The translations under genes were made by a program, and so were the position numbers. 41,702 nucleotides of DNA. Origin: a virus. How positions within the stretch are numbered: the first letter of the stretch is position 1; each line of letters begins with the position of its first letter. Of this stretch, positions 23,622-32,634 are shown one piece after another. The stretch lies in the IMG/VR virus record IMGVR_UViG_3300034655_000019; one strand, written 5' to 3'. The notes beneath the pieces were generated by a model. The model did not search any database. It was not told the DNA's origin and saw nothing but the letters and a program-made list of their open reading frames with translations.

Positions 23622-24890
23622 ATGCCTAAAACCCTCGCTGTTACCCTGTCTGATGCTGCGATTAAGCGGCACCTACCTGACCCTGATATTTTCCAGTTGC
23701 GCGACCCGCGCTACCCGGTGCGGGTGCGCTTTCATGCGAGCCGTGATCGTGCCAGCTGGTACGTGGTGCGCTACGCGGGCGGGCGTGGCCACTGGCACCG
23801 GGTGGGCAATTACCCGGAGTTGACGACCCGCGCTTTGCTGGCGCGTTTGCCTGAGTTGGAGGCCAAGCTGGCGCTTGACCCGGCGGGGCCGGTGGGCGTC
23901 GATGCGTGGGAAACCGTGGCCGACCTGCTGTGTTGGTATCGTGACCGTTCGGCTTCCCATGGCCGTTTATCCGCTACTCGAAAATCATCGATCAAAACCG
24001 CCGTTAATCGTCACTTGCTGCCCCTGTTCGGTGCCCGGCCGCTGGCGGGCATTACCCCGGCGTGTATCGACAGTGGCTTGGTGTGGCCGCTGCAAGAGCA
24101 TTATTCGGTGGCCTATGTGCGCCTGATTTTCGGGGTGATCAAGGCCGCGTTTAAGCAAGCCCGCAAGCTGAACCTGCTGGATACTGACCCCTTCGCTGGG
24201 GTGAATGTGGGTGATTTCATCGACGCAAAAACCCCAGCTAAGGCGGGGGCGCTGACCGCTTCCGATGTGCCTGATCTGATAAGCGCGTTGCGTTCGTGCG
24301 ATCCGCCGGGGTGTTTCCTGCTGTTGTTAATGCTGCTGTTTGGCACCCGTATTAGCGAGACGCGGCTAGCCAAGTGGGGGCAGTTCGATCTCGAAGCGCG
24401 CACGTGGACCATCCCCACCGACAACACAAAATCAAAGCGACAGCACCGCCTGCCGTTAACGCCCATGGCCGTGACGCTGCTAACCCGTTACCGCGCTTAT
24501 CAGCAAGCCAATGGTTACCGGGGAGTGTATTTGTTCCCTGGTGCATCGAAAGGTAAGCCGCTATCCCGTTCAGCCGTGTTTGATCTGGTGGTGAGTGCCA
24601 GTGGTGCGCGTTGGCATTCTCACGATCTGCGTAAGCTCGCCCGTACCACATGGGCTGACCTCGGGGTCGAGTATCTGGCCGGTGAGTTGTTGCTGAACCA
24701 TGCGCTATCGAAGCTCGACCGTACCTACATTCATACCTACGCTGAGCGGCAGATTCTCGATGCGTTGGAGCGCTGGCATACCTGGCTATGTGAGCGCGGT
24801 TTTAGCGTGTTTCTGACCGAGACAGAGCCGAGATTGTCGTTTTATCACAACAGCGACCAGCCCCAGTGGTGGCAAGGGGTGGCGGGGTAA
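23622..24890 (+). CDS. int: Tyrosine integrase, P4-type (DUF4102-like N-terminal arm-binding domain)
   Basis: GTRISETRLAKWGQFD, HDLRKLARTTWADLG, LLNHALSKLDRTYIHTY (R..HxxR..Y catalytic pattern). Confidence 0.85.
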   Translation: MPKTLAVTLSDAAIKRHLPDPDIFQLRDPRYPVRVRFHASRDRASWYVVRYAGGRGHWHRVGNYPELTTRALLARLPELEAKLALDPAGPVGVDAWETVADLLCWYRDRSASHGRLSATRKSSIKTAVNRHLLPLFGARPLAGITPACIDSGLVWPLQEHYSVAYVRLIFGVIKAAFKQARKLNLLDTDPFAGVNVGDFIDAKTPAKAGALTASDVPDLISALRSCDPPGCFLLLLMLLFGTRISETRLAKWGQFDLEARTWTIPTDNTKSKRQHRLPLTPMAVTLLTRYRAYQQANGYRGVYLFPGASKGKPLSRSAVFDLVVSASGARWHSHDLRKLARTTWADLGVEYLAGELLLNHALSKLDRTYIHTYAERQILDALERWHTWLCERGFSVFLTETEPRLSFYHNSDQPQWWQGVAG

Positions 24891-24974
24891 TGAGCAAACC
24901 TATCTGTTAAGAGTATCCAGCACCTGCCGCGATGGTGGTTGGCATGCTGGTGTGTAACACTCTTGAGGGGCATT

Positions 24975-24991
24975 TAACACTCAACGTGTTG
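24975..24991. promoter_or_regulatory. Fifth operator-like site TAACAC-TCAAC-GTGTTG, upstream of the lysis/late genes
   Basis: Same ACAC-N5-GTGT core as the immunity-region operators. Confidence 0.5.
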
Positions 24992-25017
24992 CATCCGGTG
25001 GCACTTTGATCTATCGT
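24989..25017 (+). promoter_or_regulatory. Candidate late promoter (TTGCAT-17-TATCGT)
   Basis: -35 overlaps the operator-like palindrome; the hexamers are only moderate matches. Confidence 0.3.
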
Positions 25018-25088
25018 TTATGGCATGTGGGGTATTTCCGTTCCCTTGGCCCCGCAGCAAGCCCTTTAATGTTCTCTGCTTAGACATG

Positions 25089-25112
25089 CCGCCCCTCACC
25101 GGGCGGTTTTTT
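25089..25112 (+). terminator. Rho-independent terminator just upstream of the holin (tR'-like)
   Basis: CCGCCC-ctcacc-GGGCGG + TTTTTT, extended by AGACAT/ATGTCT. Confidence 0.8.
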
Positions 25113-25136
25113 ATGTCTGCGATTTGGTGATTGCTT

Positions 25137-25430
25137 ATGAAAGTCGACGCTGGCCGTGTGATTGCGTACGTGGGCGGCAGTGGCGTGTCTGCTGTGTCGC
25201 AAACGTCCAAGGCCAGCGCGGCCGCCGTCATGGATATTTCACCCTCGCCCGGCGAGGTGGTGTCGCTACTGAATGCGCCATGGTTTGAGATGGGAGGCGT
25301 TCACGTGGTGACGGCTGATGTGGTGAGCGTGGGCGGCTTGGTGTTCGTCGGGCTGCGCTTGGCGTTCGATATTTGGAAGCATTTTGACAACCGCAGGAGA
25401 GAGCGCAATGGCCAACAAGAGAGCGATTAG
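25137..25430 (+). CDS. Putative holin/pinholin
   Basis: Hydrophobic segments (VVSVGGLVFVGLRLAF) and charged C-tail KHFDNRRRERNGQQESD; directly upstream of the endolysin. Confidence 0.5.
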   Translation: MKVDAGRVIAYVGGSGVSAVSQTSKASAAAVMDISPSPGEVVSLLNAPWFEMGGVHVVTADVVSVGGLVFVGLRLAFDIWKHFDNRRRERNGQQESD

Positions 25431-25974
25431 CGCCGGAGTGGGCGCAGTAATGGCGATAGCGGCGGGCATCATCGTGCCGTTCGAGGGCACCAAGCTGGAG
25501 AGCTACCGAGACGCGGTAGGCGTGTGGACGGTTTGCACCGGGCACACGGCCACCGCAGCCCCAGGCCAAACGCTCACCCCGGCAGAGTGTGACGCGTTGC
25601 TAGAGCAGGACATGCGCGAGGCGCTGAGCGCGGTGGATCGCATCATTACCGCGCCCCTTCCCGATGATACCCGCGCCGCGTTCGTTTCGTTCACGTTCAA
25701 CGTGGGCGCGGGCAACCTGCAGCGTTCGACGCTGGCCCGGCTGGCGAATGCTGGGGAGCTTGAGGCTGCATGCAATGAGTTGTCCCGCTGGGTGTATGCC
25801 GGTGGTGAGCGGTTGCGCGGGCTGGCAAGACGCCGCGCCGTTGAGCGTGATGTGTGTTTAGAGGGGGTGCGGGATGCTGAGCAGGATGCTAACGAAGCTG
25901 ATTCCGTGGGCGCTGGTGATAGCGCTGGTCGCTGGCATTGGTTTGATGTGGCGACTCAGTGGGTTACAGGCTGA
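25408..25974 (+). CDS. SAR endolysin, GH24 lysozyme family
   Basis: N-terminal signal-anchor AISAGVGAVMAIAAGIIV. Catalytic E-x8-D-x5-T in FEGTKLESYRDAVGVWTVCTGHT. AGGAGAGAG RBS. Confidence 0.85.
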   Translation: MANKRAISAGVGAVMAIAAGIIVPFEGTKLESYRDAVGVWTVCTGHTATAAPGQTLTPAECDALLEQDMREALSAVDRIITAPLPDDTRAAFVSFTFNVGAGNLQRSTLARLANAGELEAACNELSRWVYAGGERLRGLARRRAVERDVCLEGVRDAEQDANEADSVGAGDSAGRWHWFDVATQWVTG

Positions 25975-26296
25975 GTTAGAGCAGGCCCAGCAGCAGCACG
26001 CGAAAGCACAAGCCGCGCTTGATGTGACCGCCGCGACGTTGGCGGTGCAGGTAGAGCGTAACCGGCTGTTAGTTGAAGCGTTAGATGTGCGCGAACGTGA
26101 ATTAAACGACGGCGCGCAGCGCATCGACCGACTGCGCGCCCAGGCCGAAGCCATGGGGGTGAACGATGCGGATTCAGATTCTAGGGCGTGGGCTGGCCAG
26201 CCTGTGCCTATCGGCGTTGCTGATTGGGTGCGCCGCCTCACCCGCCCCGACACCAGCGGAGCCGACACCCCAAGCGCTGCCGTGGTTCCTGATTGA
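25874..26296 (+). CDS. i-spanin (Rz-like)
   Basis: N-terminal TM LIPWALVIALVAGIGLMW, then a coiled-coil periplasmic domain. Confidence 0.75.
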   Translation: MLSRMLTKLIPWALVIALVAGIGLMWRLSGLQAELEQAQQQHAKAQAALDVTAATLAVQVERNRLLVEALDVRERELNDGAQRIDRLRAQAEAMGVNDADSDSRAWAGQPVPIGVADWVRRLTRPDTSGADTPSAAVVPD

Positions 26297-26438
26297 TCCA
26301 CGCCCCGCGCCCGTCCGAGAGATCCACACCAACCGCGACCTGCTGCAGCTGCTAGCCGACTACGAAGCCCTGCGCATCCGCTTCAACGCCGACCGCCGCG
26401 CCGTGGCGTTGATATTCCGCAATCGGCAGGCCGAGTAA
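26166..26438 (+). CDS. o-spanin lipoprotein (Rz1-like), overlapped architecture
   Basis: Lipobox LLIGC, Pro-rich mature N-terminus. Starts inside Rz in another frame and extends past it. Confidence 0.75.
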   Translation: MRIQILGRGLASLCLSALLIGCAASPAPTPAEPTPQALPWFLIDPRPAPVREIHTNRDLLQLLADYEALRIRFNADRRAVALIFRNRQAE

Positions 26439-26681
26439 TGCACCAACGCGGTGCAAAAAAAACGCGGGTCCTTCCTAGCAAGTGATGCCTAGACCACGGG
26501 GGCAGGCAGTCGCGGATTTCGGGAAATTTTCGGGTTTTCAGGATGTACCACCGCAGGTGGGGTTAATCCCGTGTGGTTGCTCAGCGCGTTAACTGTGCAA
26601 GTTGTACATCGAGCAGCTTGTTTTTAATCGAATCATGTACAGCTGAGCGGGGGTTATCAGCGCCGCAAGAGGTGGGCATCT

Positions 26682-27182
26682 ATGGGTGAAGTGGTCGAGA
26701 GCAAAGATGCCTATAACTGGTCGGTGAGCAGGATTGGTCAAGCGTTCGGATTAGACCGCCGCACGGTGGCTAAACGGTTGCAAGAGAGCGGCGTCATGCC
26801 CGCCGGGACGCGTCGAGGAAACCCCACGTATGCACTTTCAGACGTTGGCCCGGCGCTGTTCGGAGAAAAGACGCCGGTAGCGGGCGGGCTGGATTTAGAC
26901 CAGTTCCCCGATGCGCGTAAGGCTTGGTATCAGTCGGAAAACGAGCGCCTTAAATTTGAGGTGGCCATAAAGCAGCTGATACCGGCGCATGAGTTTGCCC
27001 GCGAGTTAAGCACCCTGGCCAAGACGGTGGCGGCGGGCCTGGATTCATTGCCCGATGCGTTGGAGCGTGACGCCGGGCTAGACCCTGACGCCATCGAACG
27101 TGTACAGCACGTTATCGACGCGCTGCGCGAGCAGATGTACCAAGCGGCAACGGCGGATATGGAGAGCCCAGAAAATGGCTAA
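26682..27182 (+). CDS. Terminase small subunit
   Basis: N-terminal HTH SVSRIGQAFGLDRRTVAKRLQESGV; 8-nt overlap with terL; AAGAGGTGGG RBS. Confidence 0.7.
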   Translation: MGEVVESKDAYNWSVSRIGQAFGLDRRTVAKRLQESGVMPAGTRRGNPTYALSDVGPALFGEKTPVAGGLDLDQFPDARKAWYQSENERLKFEVAIKQLIPAHEFARELSTLAKTVAAGLDSLPDALERDAGLDPDAIERVQHVIDALREQMYQAATADMESPENG

Positions 27183-29256
27183 CACCGCTAACGCTGCCGC
27201 CATTCGCCATGACATAGCCACGCTGTTACGCCCGCCGCGCCGGGTGCGTGTGAGTGAGGCGGTGGCCGAGTCGATGTACGTTGTACACGGCAACGGCACC
27301 AAAACGCTTTGGAAACCGGACAAAACCCCCTACATGATCGAGCCCATGGACTGCATGGGCTCCCGCAAATATGACGCGGTGATTTTCGTAGGCCCGGCGC
27401 GAACAGGTAAAACCATCGGCCTCGTTGACGGCTTTATTTGCTACAAGATCATCAACGACCCTGGTGATGGGCTGGTCGTACAAATTACCGAAACCAAGGC
27501 AGCGGAGTACAGCAAAAAGCGCTTGCGCCGTAGCTTCAACGCTTCGCCCGAAATTACCAAGCGGTTAAGCCCGCGTGGCCACGACAACAACGTTCACGAC
27601 ATCATTTTTCGCGCTGGCAACATGTTGGCGATTAAGCACCCATCGAAGAACGTTTTTGCATCGTCTGATTACCAATTTGTGCTACTGACCGACTACGACC
27701 GTATGACGGAAAACGTAGGCGGTGAGGGTTCCGGCTGGGTGCTGGCGAGCAAACGTACCCAAACGTTCGGCAGTACCGGCATGACGCTGGTGGAGAGTTC
27801 GCCCGGCAGGCCGGTGCTCGATGCCGATTGGCAGCAGCCCGACGACGAGCCGCACCGGGCACCGCCCACCACCGGCATACTGGATCTTTACAACCAAGGC
27901 GACCGCCGCCGCTTGTACTGGCAGTGTCCAGAAAGCGCCTGCCGCCGCTGGTTTCAGCCGATTCAAGAGAATTTCAGCATGAAAAGCGGGTGTGTGTTTT
28001 GCCCGCACTGTGGCGCTGAGGTCGACCAGCGAGTTAAGCGCGAGCTTAACCAGCGTGGCCGCTGGGTGCCGGAAGGCTGCGAGCTGACGTTAGACGGCGA
28101 GCTGCTAGGCACCCCGCGTGAAACCCGCATCGCGTCATTCTGGATGGAAGGTCCGGCGGCATCGGATCAAACATGGCAATCGCTGGTGAGCAAGCTGCGC
28201 GCCGCCGAAGAGACGTTTCAGGCCACGGGCAACCAAAAAGATTTGCAGTCGGTCACCAACGTCGATTGGGGCCGCCCCTATGTAAACCGCACGCCGGGGG
28301 AGAAGCGCTCAGGTCAGCGCCTGAAAGATCGAGGCGAAGCCTACCAGCATCGAACCGTGCCCCACGGTGTGCGCTTTCTTACGGCAGCGGTAGACGTACA
28401 GGGCGGCAAAAACCGCCGGTTCGTGGTGCAGGTGCATGGCTGGGGGCCGAACCGCGAAACGTGGCTAGTGGACCGCTTCAACATCAAAGAGGATCGCGGC
28501 CCCGACGGCGACCAGCCACCCAGGCAGATTAACCCTATGACGCAGCCCGAGGATTGGGACTTGCTGACCCGCGACGTGCTCAAGCGCACCTATAAGCTGG
28601 GCGACGGCAGCGGGCGGCGTATGCCGATTCTCGCCATGGGCGTGGATACCGGCGGGGAAGGCAAAGGCACTGAAAGCGTGACCTCGCAGGCGTACGAATA
28701 CCACCGCCGGTTAAGAGCCGGGGGCGATGGCCTGCAAGGCCGCGTGTACCTGCTGAAAGGCGGTAGTAGCAAAACTAATAGCCGCATCCGTAAAACCGAG
28801 CCCGACAACACCAAGCGCAAAAGCCGCAGCAGTGGGGCGCGTGGCGATGTGCCGTTGTACCTGTTGGGCACCGATCTGTTGAAAGACACCGTAGCGGCGA
28901 TGATCGACCGCGAACAGCCCGGCGCGGGCTACATGCACACCCCTGATTGGTTGGGTATGTGGTGGTTTGACGAGCTGACCTACGAAGTACGCGACCCCGC
29001 CACCGGCAAATGGGCGCGCCCTGGCAGCAAGCCAAACGAAGCCTTCGACCTGTTCGTTTACAACCTCGCCATTTTCATTCTGCTGGGGGGCGAGAAGATC
29101 AACTGGCAAGCCCCGCCCACGTGGGCCGACCACTGGGACGCTAACTTGCTGCTAAGCGCGCCCACCACCGGCACCGAAGCAAGCCAACCACCACCCCAGG
29201 CACAACCCGCGCCCCAAGCGCGTCGCCGCCGTCGCGTTGTTAAGCCCCGAATTTAG
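27175..29256 (+). CDS. Terminase large subunit, lambda GpA family
   Basis: Walker A FVGPARTGKT, zinc-ribbon CPESACRRW...CPHCG, GpA-like order. ATG 27175 (the track start 27100 is rejected). Confidence 0.9.
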   Translation: MANTANAAAIRHDIATLLRPPRRVRVSEAVAESMYVVHGNGTKTLWKPDKTPYMIEPMDCMGSRKYDAVIFVGPARTGKTIGLVDGFICYKIINDPGDGLVVQITETKAAEYSKKRLRRSFNASPEITKRLSPRGHDNNVHDIIFRAGNMLAIKHPSKNVFASSDYQFVLLTDYDRMTENVGGEGSGWVLASKRTQTFGSTGMTLVESSPGRPVLDADWQQPDDEPHRAPPTTGILDLYNQGDRRRLYWQCPESACRRWFQPIQENFSMKSGCVFCPHCGAEVDQRVKRELNQRGRWVPEGCELTLDGELLGTPRETRIASFWMEGPAASDQTWQSLVSKLRAAEETFQATGNQKDLQSVTNVDWGRPYVNRTPGEKRSGQRLKDRGEAYQHRTVPHGVRFLTAAVDVQGGKNRRFVVQVHGWGPNRETWLVDRFNIKEDRGPDGDQPPRQINPMTQPEDWDLLTRDVLKRTYKLGDGSGRRMPILAMGVDTGGEGKGTESVTSQAYEYHRRLRAGGDGLQGRVYLLKGGSSKTNSRIRKTEPDNTKRKSRSSGARGDVPLYLLGTDLLKDTVAAMIDREQPGAGYMHTPDWLGMWWFDELTYEVRDPATGKWARPGSKPNEAFDLFVYNLAIFILLGGEKINWQAPPTWADHWDANLLLSAPTTGTEASQPPPQAQPAPQARRRRRVVKPRI

Positions 29257-29267
29257 GAGGCCCACCC

Positions 29268-29495
29268 ATGGCCAACACCCCCGAACAGCTTGCCGAGGTT
29301 CGCCAAGCCATCGTAGACCTGGCAACGGGTAAACGCGTCGTATCCATTAACCAAAACGGGCGGCAGGTGCAGTTTGCCCAAGCCGACTTACCTGCGCTGC
29401 AGTCGCTGGAAAATCAGATAGCCGAACGCCTGCAGGCGCTCAGCAAGCGCCGCCGTAGCCGTACCCGCCTAGTGATGACCAACAAGGGGCTTTGA
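29268..29495 (+). CDS. Head-tail joining protein, gpW family
   Basis: 75 aa, between terL and the portal as in lambda; QLAEVRQAIVDLATGKRVVSINQNGRQVQF pattern. Confidence 0.75.
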   Translation: MANTPEQLAEVRQAIVDLATGKRVVSINQNGRQVQFAQADLPALQSLENQIAERLQALSKRRRSRTRLVMTNKGL

Positions 29496-29496
29496 C

Positions 29497-30993
29497 ATGA
29501 TCGCCAGTAAGCCCCGAATCCGTATGACCGTGAGGGACGGGCGGCAAGTGCCGGTGCGCGCCTACTACGAGGGCGGCAGCACCCGCCGCCGTATGGCAGG
29601 CAAAGGAACGATGGTTACCGGCCCTAACGGGCCTATTGAAAACTCGCTGCCCATCCTGCAGGCGCGCAGCCACTACGCCATTAGAAACAACGCCTACGCC
29701 GCCAGTGCGAAAGAGAAATACGTCTCCAACCTAGTGGGCACCGGCATTAAGCCCCAATGGGGTAACCCGGTCATCCAAGCGCTTTGGGATCAGTGGGTCG
29801 AAGAGAGCGACGCGGACGGCGTAGACAATTTCTATGGCCAACAGGCGTTGGCCGCTGGCGCGCAGTTTGAAGCCGGGGAGGTGCTGGGGCGCTTTCGCTA
29901 CCGGCGCACAAGCGACGGCCTAAGCGTGCCCCTGCAGCTGCAGGTGGTGGAGTCCGAACACCTTGACCCCGCCTACTCGCAAGCCTTTGGCGGTCGAACG
30001 ATCAAAATGGGCATCGAGTTTAACGGCATCGGCCAGCGAACCGCCTTCCACCTATGGCGCTATCACCCCAACGAGCAGTTGACCGCCGCGTACAACGAAC
30101 GGGTGCCGGTGCCAGCCGATAACGTGATTCACATGTACCGCCGCACCCGGCCCGGCCAGCTGCGCGGGGTGCCCGAGCTAACCAGCGTCATCGTGCGGCT
30201 GTACGAAATTGACGAAATGCAGGACGCCACGCTAGCACGGCAAAAGCTGGCGCAGCTGTTCGGCGCGTTCGTCAAACGCAAGACGAACCAAGACCCCGAA
30301 GAGGACGGCCCAGCGTTCGGCGAGCTGGTGAAAAAGCCCGGCGAAGTGGAGCCGCTAGAAGAGTTCACCCCCGGCGGCATCCACTACATGGAGGATGACG
30401 AAGAGGTCACGTTCTCAACGCCGCCCGATATTCAAGGGCAATACACCGAGTGGCTGCGTACCGAGCTGTTGGCGGTGGGCGCGGGTGCGGGCCTGACTTA
30501 TGAGCAGATGACCGGCGACCTAAAGGGCGTCAATTACAGCTCGATACGGGCCGGGCTTTTAGAGTTCCGTCGCCGCGCTGAAATGCTGCAAGCCTCGCTG
30601 ATGGTTCACCAGTGGTGCCGCCGGGTGGCGGCCAAGTGGCTTGATGTGGCCGTGACCAGCGGGGCGCTGCTCATTCCCGGTTACTGGCAACGGCGCAAGG
30701 AGCTGCTGGCCATCGACTGGATCGCGCCGAAGTGGAGCTGGGTAGACCCGCTGAAAGAAGTCAGCGCCGACCTACTGGAAGTGCGCGCCGGTTTTGCCCC
30801 GCGCAGCGAGAAAGCGGGGGAACGCGGCTGGTCGCTCGACCTGCTGGATGCCGAGATTGCCCATGGCAACCAAAGCGCCGACCGCCACGGGCTGGCGCTG
30901 GATTCAGACCCGCGCATCACCGCCAAAAACGGGGCACTGCAGAAAGCGCTCGAAGCCCTGGCCACCACCGACGAAGACAACGAGGACGACTAA
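29497..30993 (+). CDS. Portal protein, lambda family
   Basis: 498 aa, position and conserved stretches (YAIRNNAYA, GIKPQ, WRYH) typical of gpB-like portals. Confidence 0.85.
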   Translation: MIASKPRIRMTVRDGRQVPVRAYYEGGSTRRRMAGKGTMVTGPNGPIENSLPILQARSHYAIRNNAYAASAKEKYVSNLVGTGIKPQWGNPVIQALWDQWVEESDADGVDNFYGQQALAAGAQFEAGEVLGRFRYRRTSDGLSVPLQLQVVESEHLDPAYSQAFGGRTIKMGIEFNGIGQRTAFHLWRYHPNEQLTAAYNERVPVPADNVIHMYRRTRPGQLRGVPELTSVIVRLYEIDEMQDATLARQKLAQLFGAFVKRKTNQDPEEDGPAFGELVKKPGEVEPLEEFTPGGIHYMEDDEEVTFSTPPDIQGQYTEWLRTELLAVGAGAGLTYEQMTGDLKGVNYSSIRAGLLEFRRRAEMLQASLMVHQWCRRVAAKWLDVAVTSGALLIPGYWQRRKELLAIDWIAPKWSWVDPLKEVSADLLEVRAGFAPRSEKAGERGWSLDLLDAEIAHGNQSADRHGLALDSDPRITAKNGALQKALEALATTDEDNEDD

Positions 30994-30995
30994 CC

Positions 30996-32180
30996 ATGCC
31001 TTGGTTTACAGCTCAAGCAATGGCGGAAAATCCGCGTATTGCACATATCGCTATTGATAACCCGATTGGCTCGGATTGGGCACCGGATTGGATTAGCGAT
31101 TTTACCGGCGAAAAGCCCGCCCGTGAGTTCATCGCCGCGATTGATGCGCTTGGCGAGCTAGACGAGATCCATGTAGAGCTGAATTGCCCCGGCGGCGATG
31201 TGGCCAGCGGCGTTCGCATTTACAACTACCTCAAAAATCACCGGGCCAAGGTGCACACCAAAGTAACCGGCATGGCGGCCAGTATCGCGGTAACGATCAT
31301 GATGGCGGGTGATACCCGCACCATGGGCGTGGGCACCACGGTAATGACCCACCGGGCCAGCTCGCTGATGGTGGGTTTCTACAACGCCAAGGAAATGCAG
31401 GAAACCGCCGCCAACCTCACGAAATTCGATGATGCCATCGTTGATGTGTTCGTAGGGGTGACCGGCAAGACCACCGAAGAGATTAACGGCTTGCTGGATC
31501 AGGGCGACACGGTAATGGGCGCGGATGAGGCGCTGGCGTGGGGCATTGCCACCGCTAAAGATGCCCAACTGCAGGCGGTGGCCTGTGCTGATATGTCCAA
31601 GTTCAAAAAGCAGCTAGAAGAGCATGGCGAGCTGATTAACCTGCGCGCCCAGCTAGCCGGGCAGCAAACCACCATGAGCGCCGCCGATGCCCTCGCCCTG
31701 GCGTTCGATCTGACTCCCGAAGAGGCCGAAGCCCAAGCCGCTGATTTGGGAGACCAGATTATCGCCCTACGGCAGCAAGCCCCCACGGCTAACGCCGAAG
31801 GGCAGCCGCTGGCAGTTATTGCCAAGGCGCTCAGCTTAGACCCTGCTGATATTCAGCAAGCGCCGGAAAGCGCCGTTCAGGCTATCCAGCGGTTGCAGGC
31901 GGCACAGCCGGAGCAGGTGCTGGCCACCGAGCGTACCCGCGTGACCAGCATCATTAAAGCCTGCCAGACCACCGGGCAACCCCAGCTTATGGAAAAGCTG
32001 ATTAGCAACGGCATGGATACCGAGCAGGCCACCGGCTACGTGTTCGACGTGGCCGCCGCCCACGGCGAAGGCCAGCACATTCATAACAGCCACTCCCCCG
32101 AAGGCGGGCAAGCGAGACAGGCGAAGGTTAACTATGCCAACGCCTACGCCCGTTTTAACCGCAAGCCAGCCAAGGCGTAA
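30996..32180 (+). CDS. ClpP-like head maturation protease fused to scaffold domain
   Basis: IHVELNCPGGDVASGVRIYNYL, TGMAASIAVTIMMAG (Ser), MTHRAS (His); Ala/Gln-rich C-terminal scaffold. ATG 30996. Confidence 0.85.
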   Translation: MPWFTAQAMAENPRIAHIAIDNPIGSDWAPDWISDFTGEKPAREFIAAIDALGELDEIHVELNCPGGDVASGVRIYNYLKNHRAKVHTKVTGMAASIAVTIMMAGDTRTMGVGTTVMTHRASSLMVGFYNAKEMQETAANLTKFDDAIVDVFVGVTGKTTEEINGLLDQGDTVMGADEALAWGIATAKDAQLQAVACADMSKFKKQLEEHGELINLRAQLAGQQTTMSAADALALAFDLTPEEAEAQAADLGDQIIALRQQAPTANAEGQPLAVIAKALSLDPADIQQAPESAVQAIQRLQAAQPEQVLATERTRVTSIIKACQTTGQPQLMEKLISNGMDTEQATGYVFDVAAAHGEGQHIHNSHSPEGGQARQAKVNYANAYARFNRKPAKA

Positions 32181-32217
32181 GCCTGTGATGGTGTAACCCC
32201 AACCTTGGAGCATTCTC

Positions 32218-32583
32218 ATGCCAACGACCTACACCGAAGGCACCCGCACGGGTGAACACGTTTTATCAGAAGCCAATGGTGCCCGTTCCCGTGAAGTGGG
32301 CACCCTGGCCAGTGGCAACCTGCCAGCGGGTGCCGTACTGGCGCTTAACGGCGCGGGTGACTACGTCCCGCTAGCGCCTGCCGCCGCCGATGGTACAGAG
32401 GTAGCTAAGGCCGTGCTTTACGGTGCAGCCGATGCCACCGAAGCCCCACAGCCGATTACCGTGCATGTTCGCGCCTGCGAGGTTCACGGCGCGCTGCTGG
32501 GCTGGCCAGAGGGGGCCGACGAGGCCGCCATTACCGCAGGCACCAACGATTTGGTAAGCCGTGGCGTGATCGTCCGCGATTGA
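32218..32583 (+). CDS. Head decoration protein, gpD-like
   Basis: 121 aa between the protease and the capsid gene; N-terminal pattern TGEHVLSEANGARSRE and V..L.G.G.YVPL typical of the HDPD family. Confidence 0.7.
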   Translation: MPTTYTEGTRTGEHVLSEANGARSREVGTLASGNLPAGAVLALNGAGDYVPLAPAAADGTEVAKAVLYGAADATEAPQPITVHVRACEVHGALLGWPEGADEAAITAGTNDLVSRGVIVRD

Positions 32584-32634
32584 CGCCACGCACTGCCAAA
32601 CCACCTGTACACCCCTTATTGAGAGAGGCACCCC

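Noticed and set aside
23510-25130. tRNA gene or tRNA 3'-end fragment marking attP beside the integrase
   Set aside because: I could not read any cloverleaf-compatible segment or conserved T-loop (GTTCGAATC-like) in either flank.
24974-25231. 85-aa minus-strand ORF spanning the int-holin intergenic region
   Set aside because: It crosses a strong + strand terminator and the operator-like site, and has no RBS or recognisable product.
26441-26470. Hairpin TGCACC-aacgc-GGTGCA after the spanin gene considered as a terminator
   Set aside because: It is followed by an A-run rather than a T-run on the + strand. On the minus strand the T-run precedes the stem.
27100-27174. Track start of the large terminase at 27100
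   Set aside because: It uses a non-ATG start inside terS. ATG 27175 with a GGAGAG RBS gives the conserved GpA N-terminus.
30732-30995. Upstream 88-codon extension of the protease ORF overlapping the portal gene
   Set aside because: The extension is Arg/Pro-rich off-frame sequence of the portal gene. ATG 30996 directly follows the portal stop and begins the conserved protease sequence.
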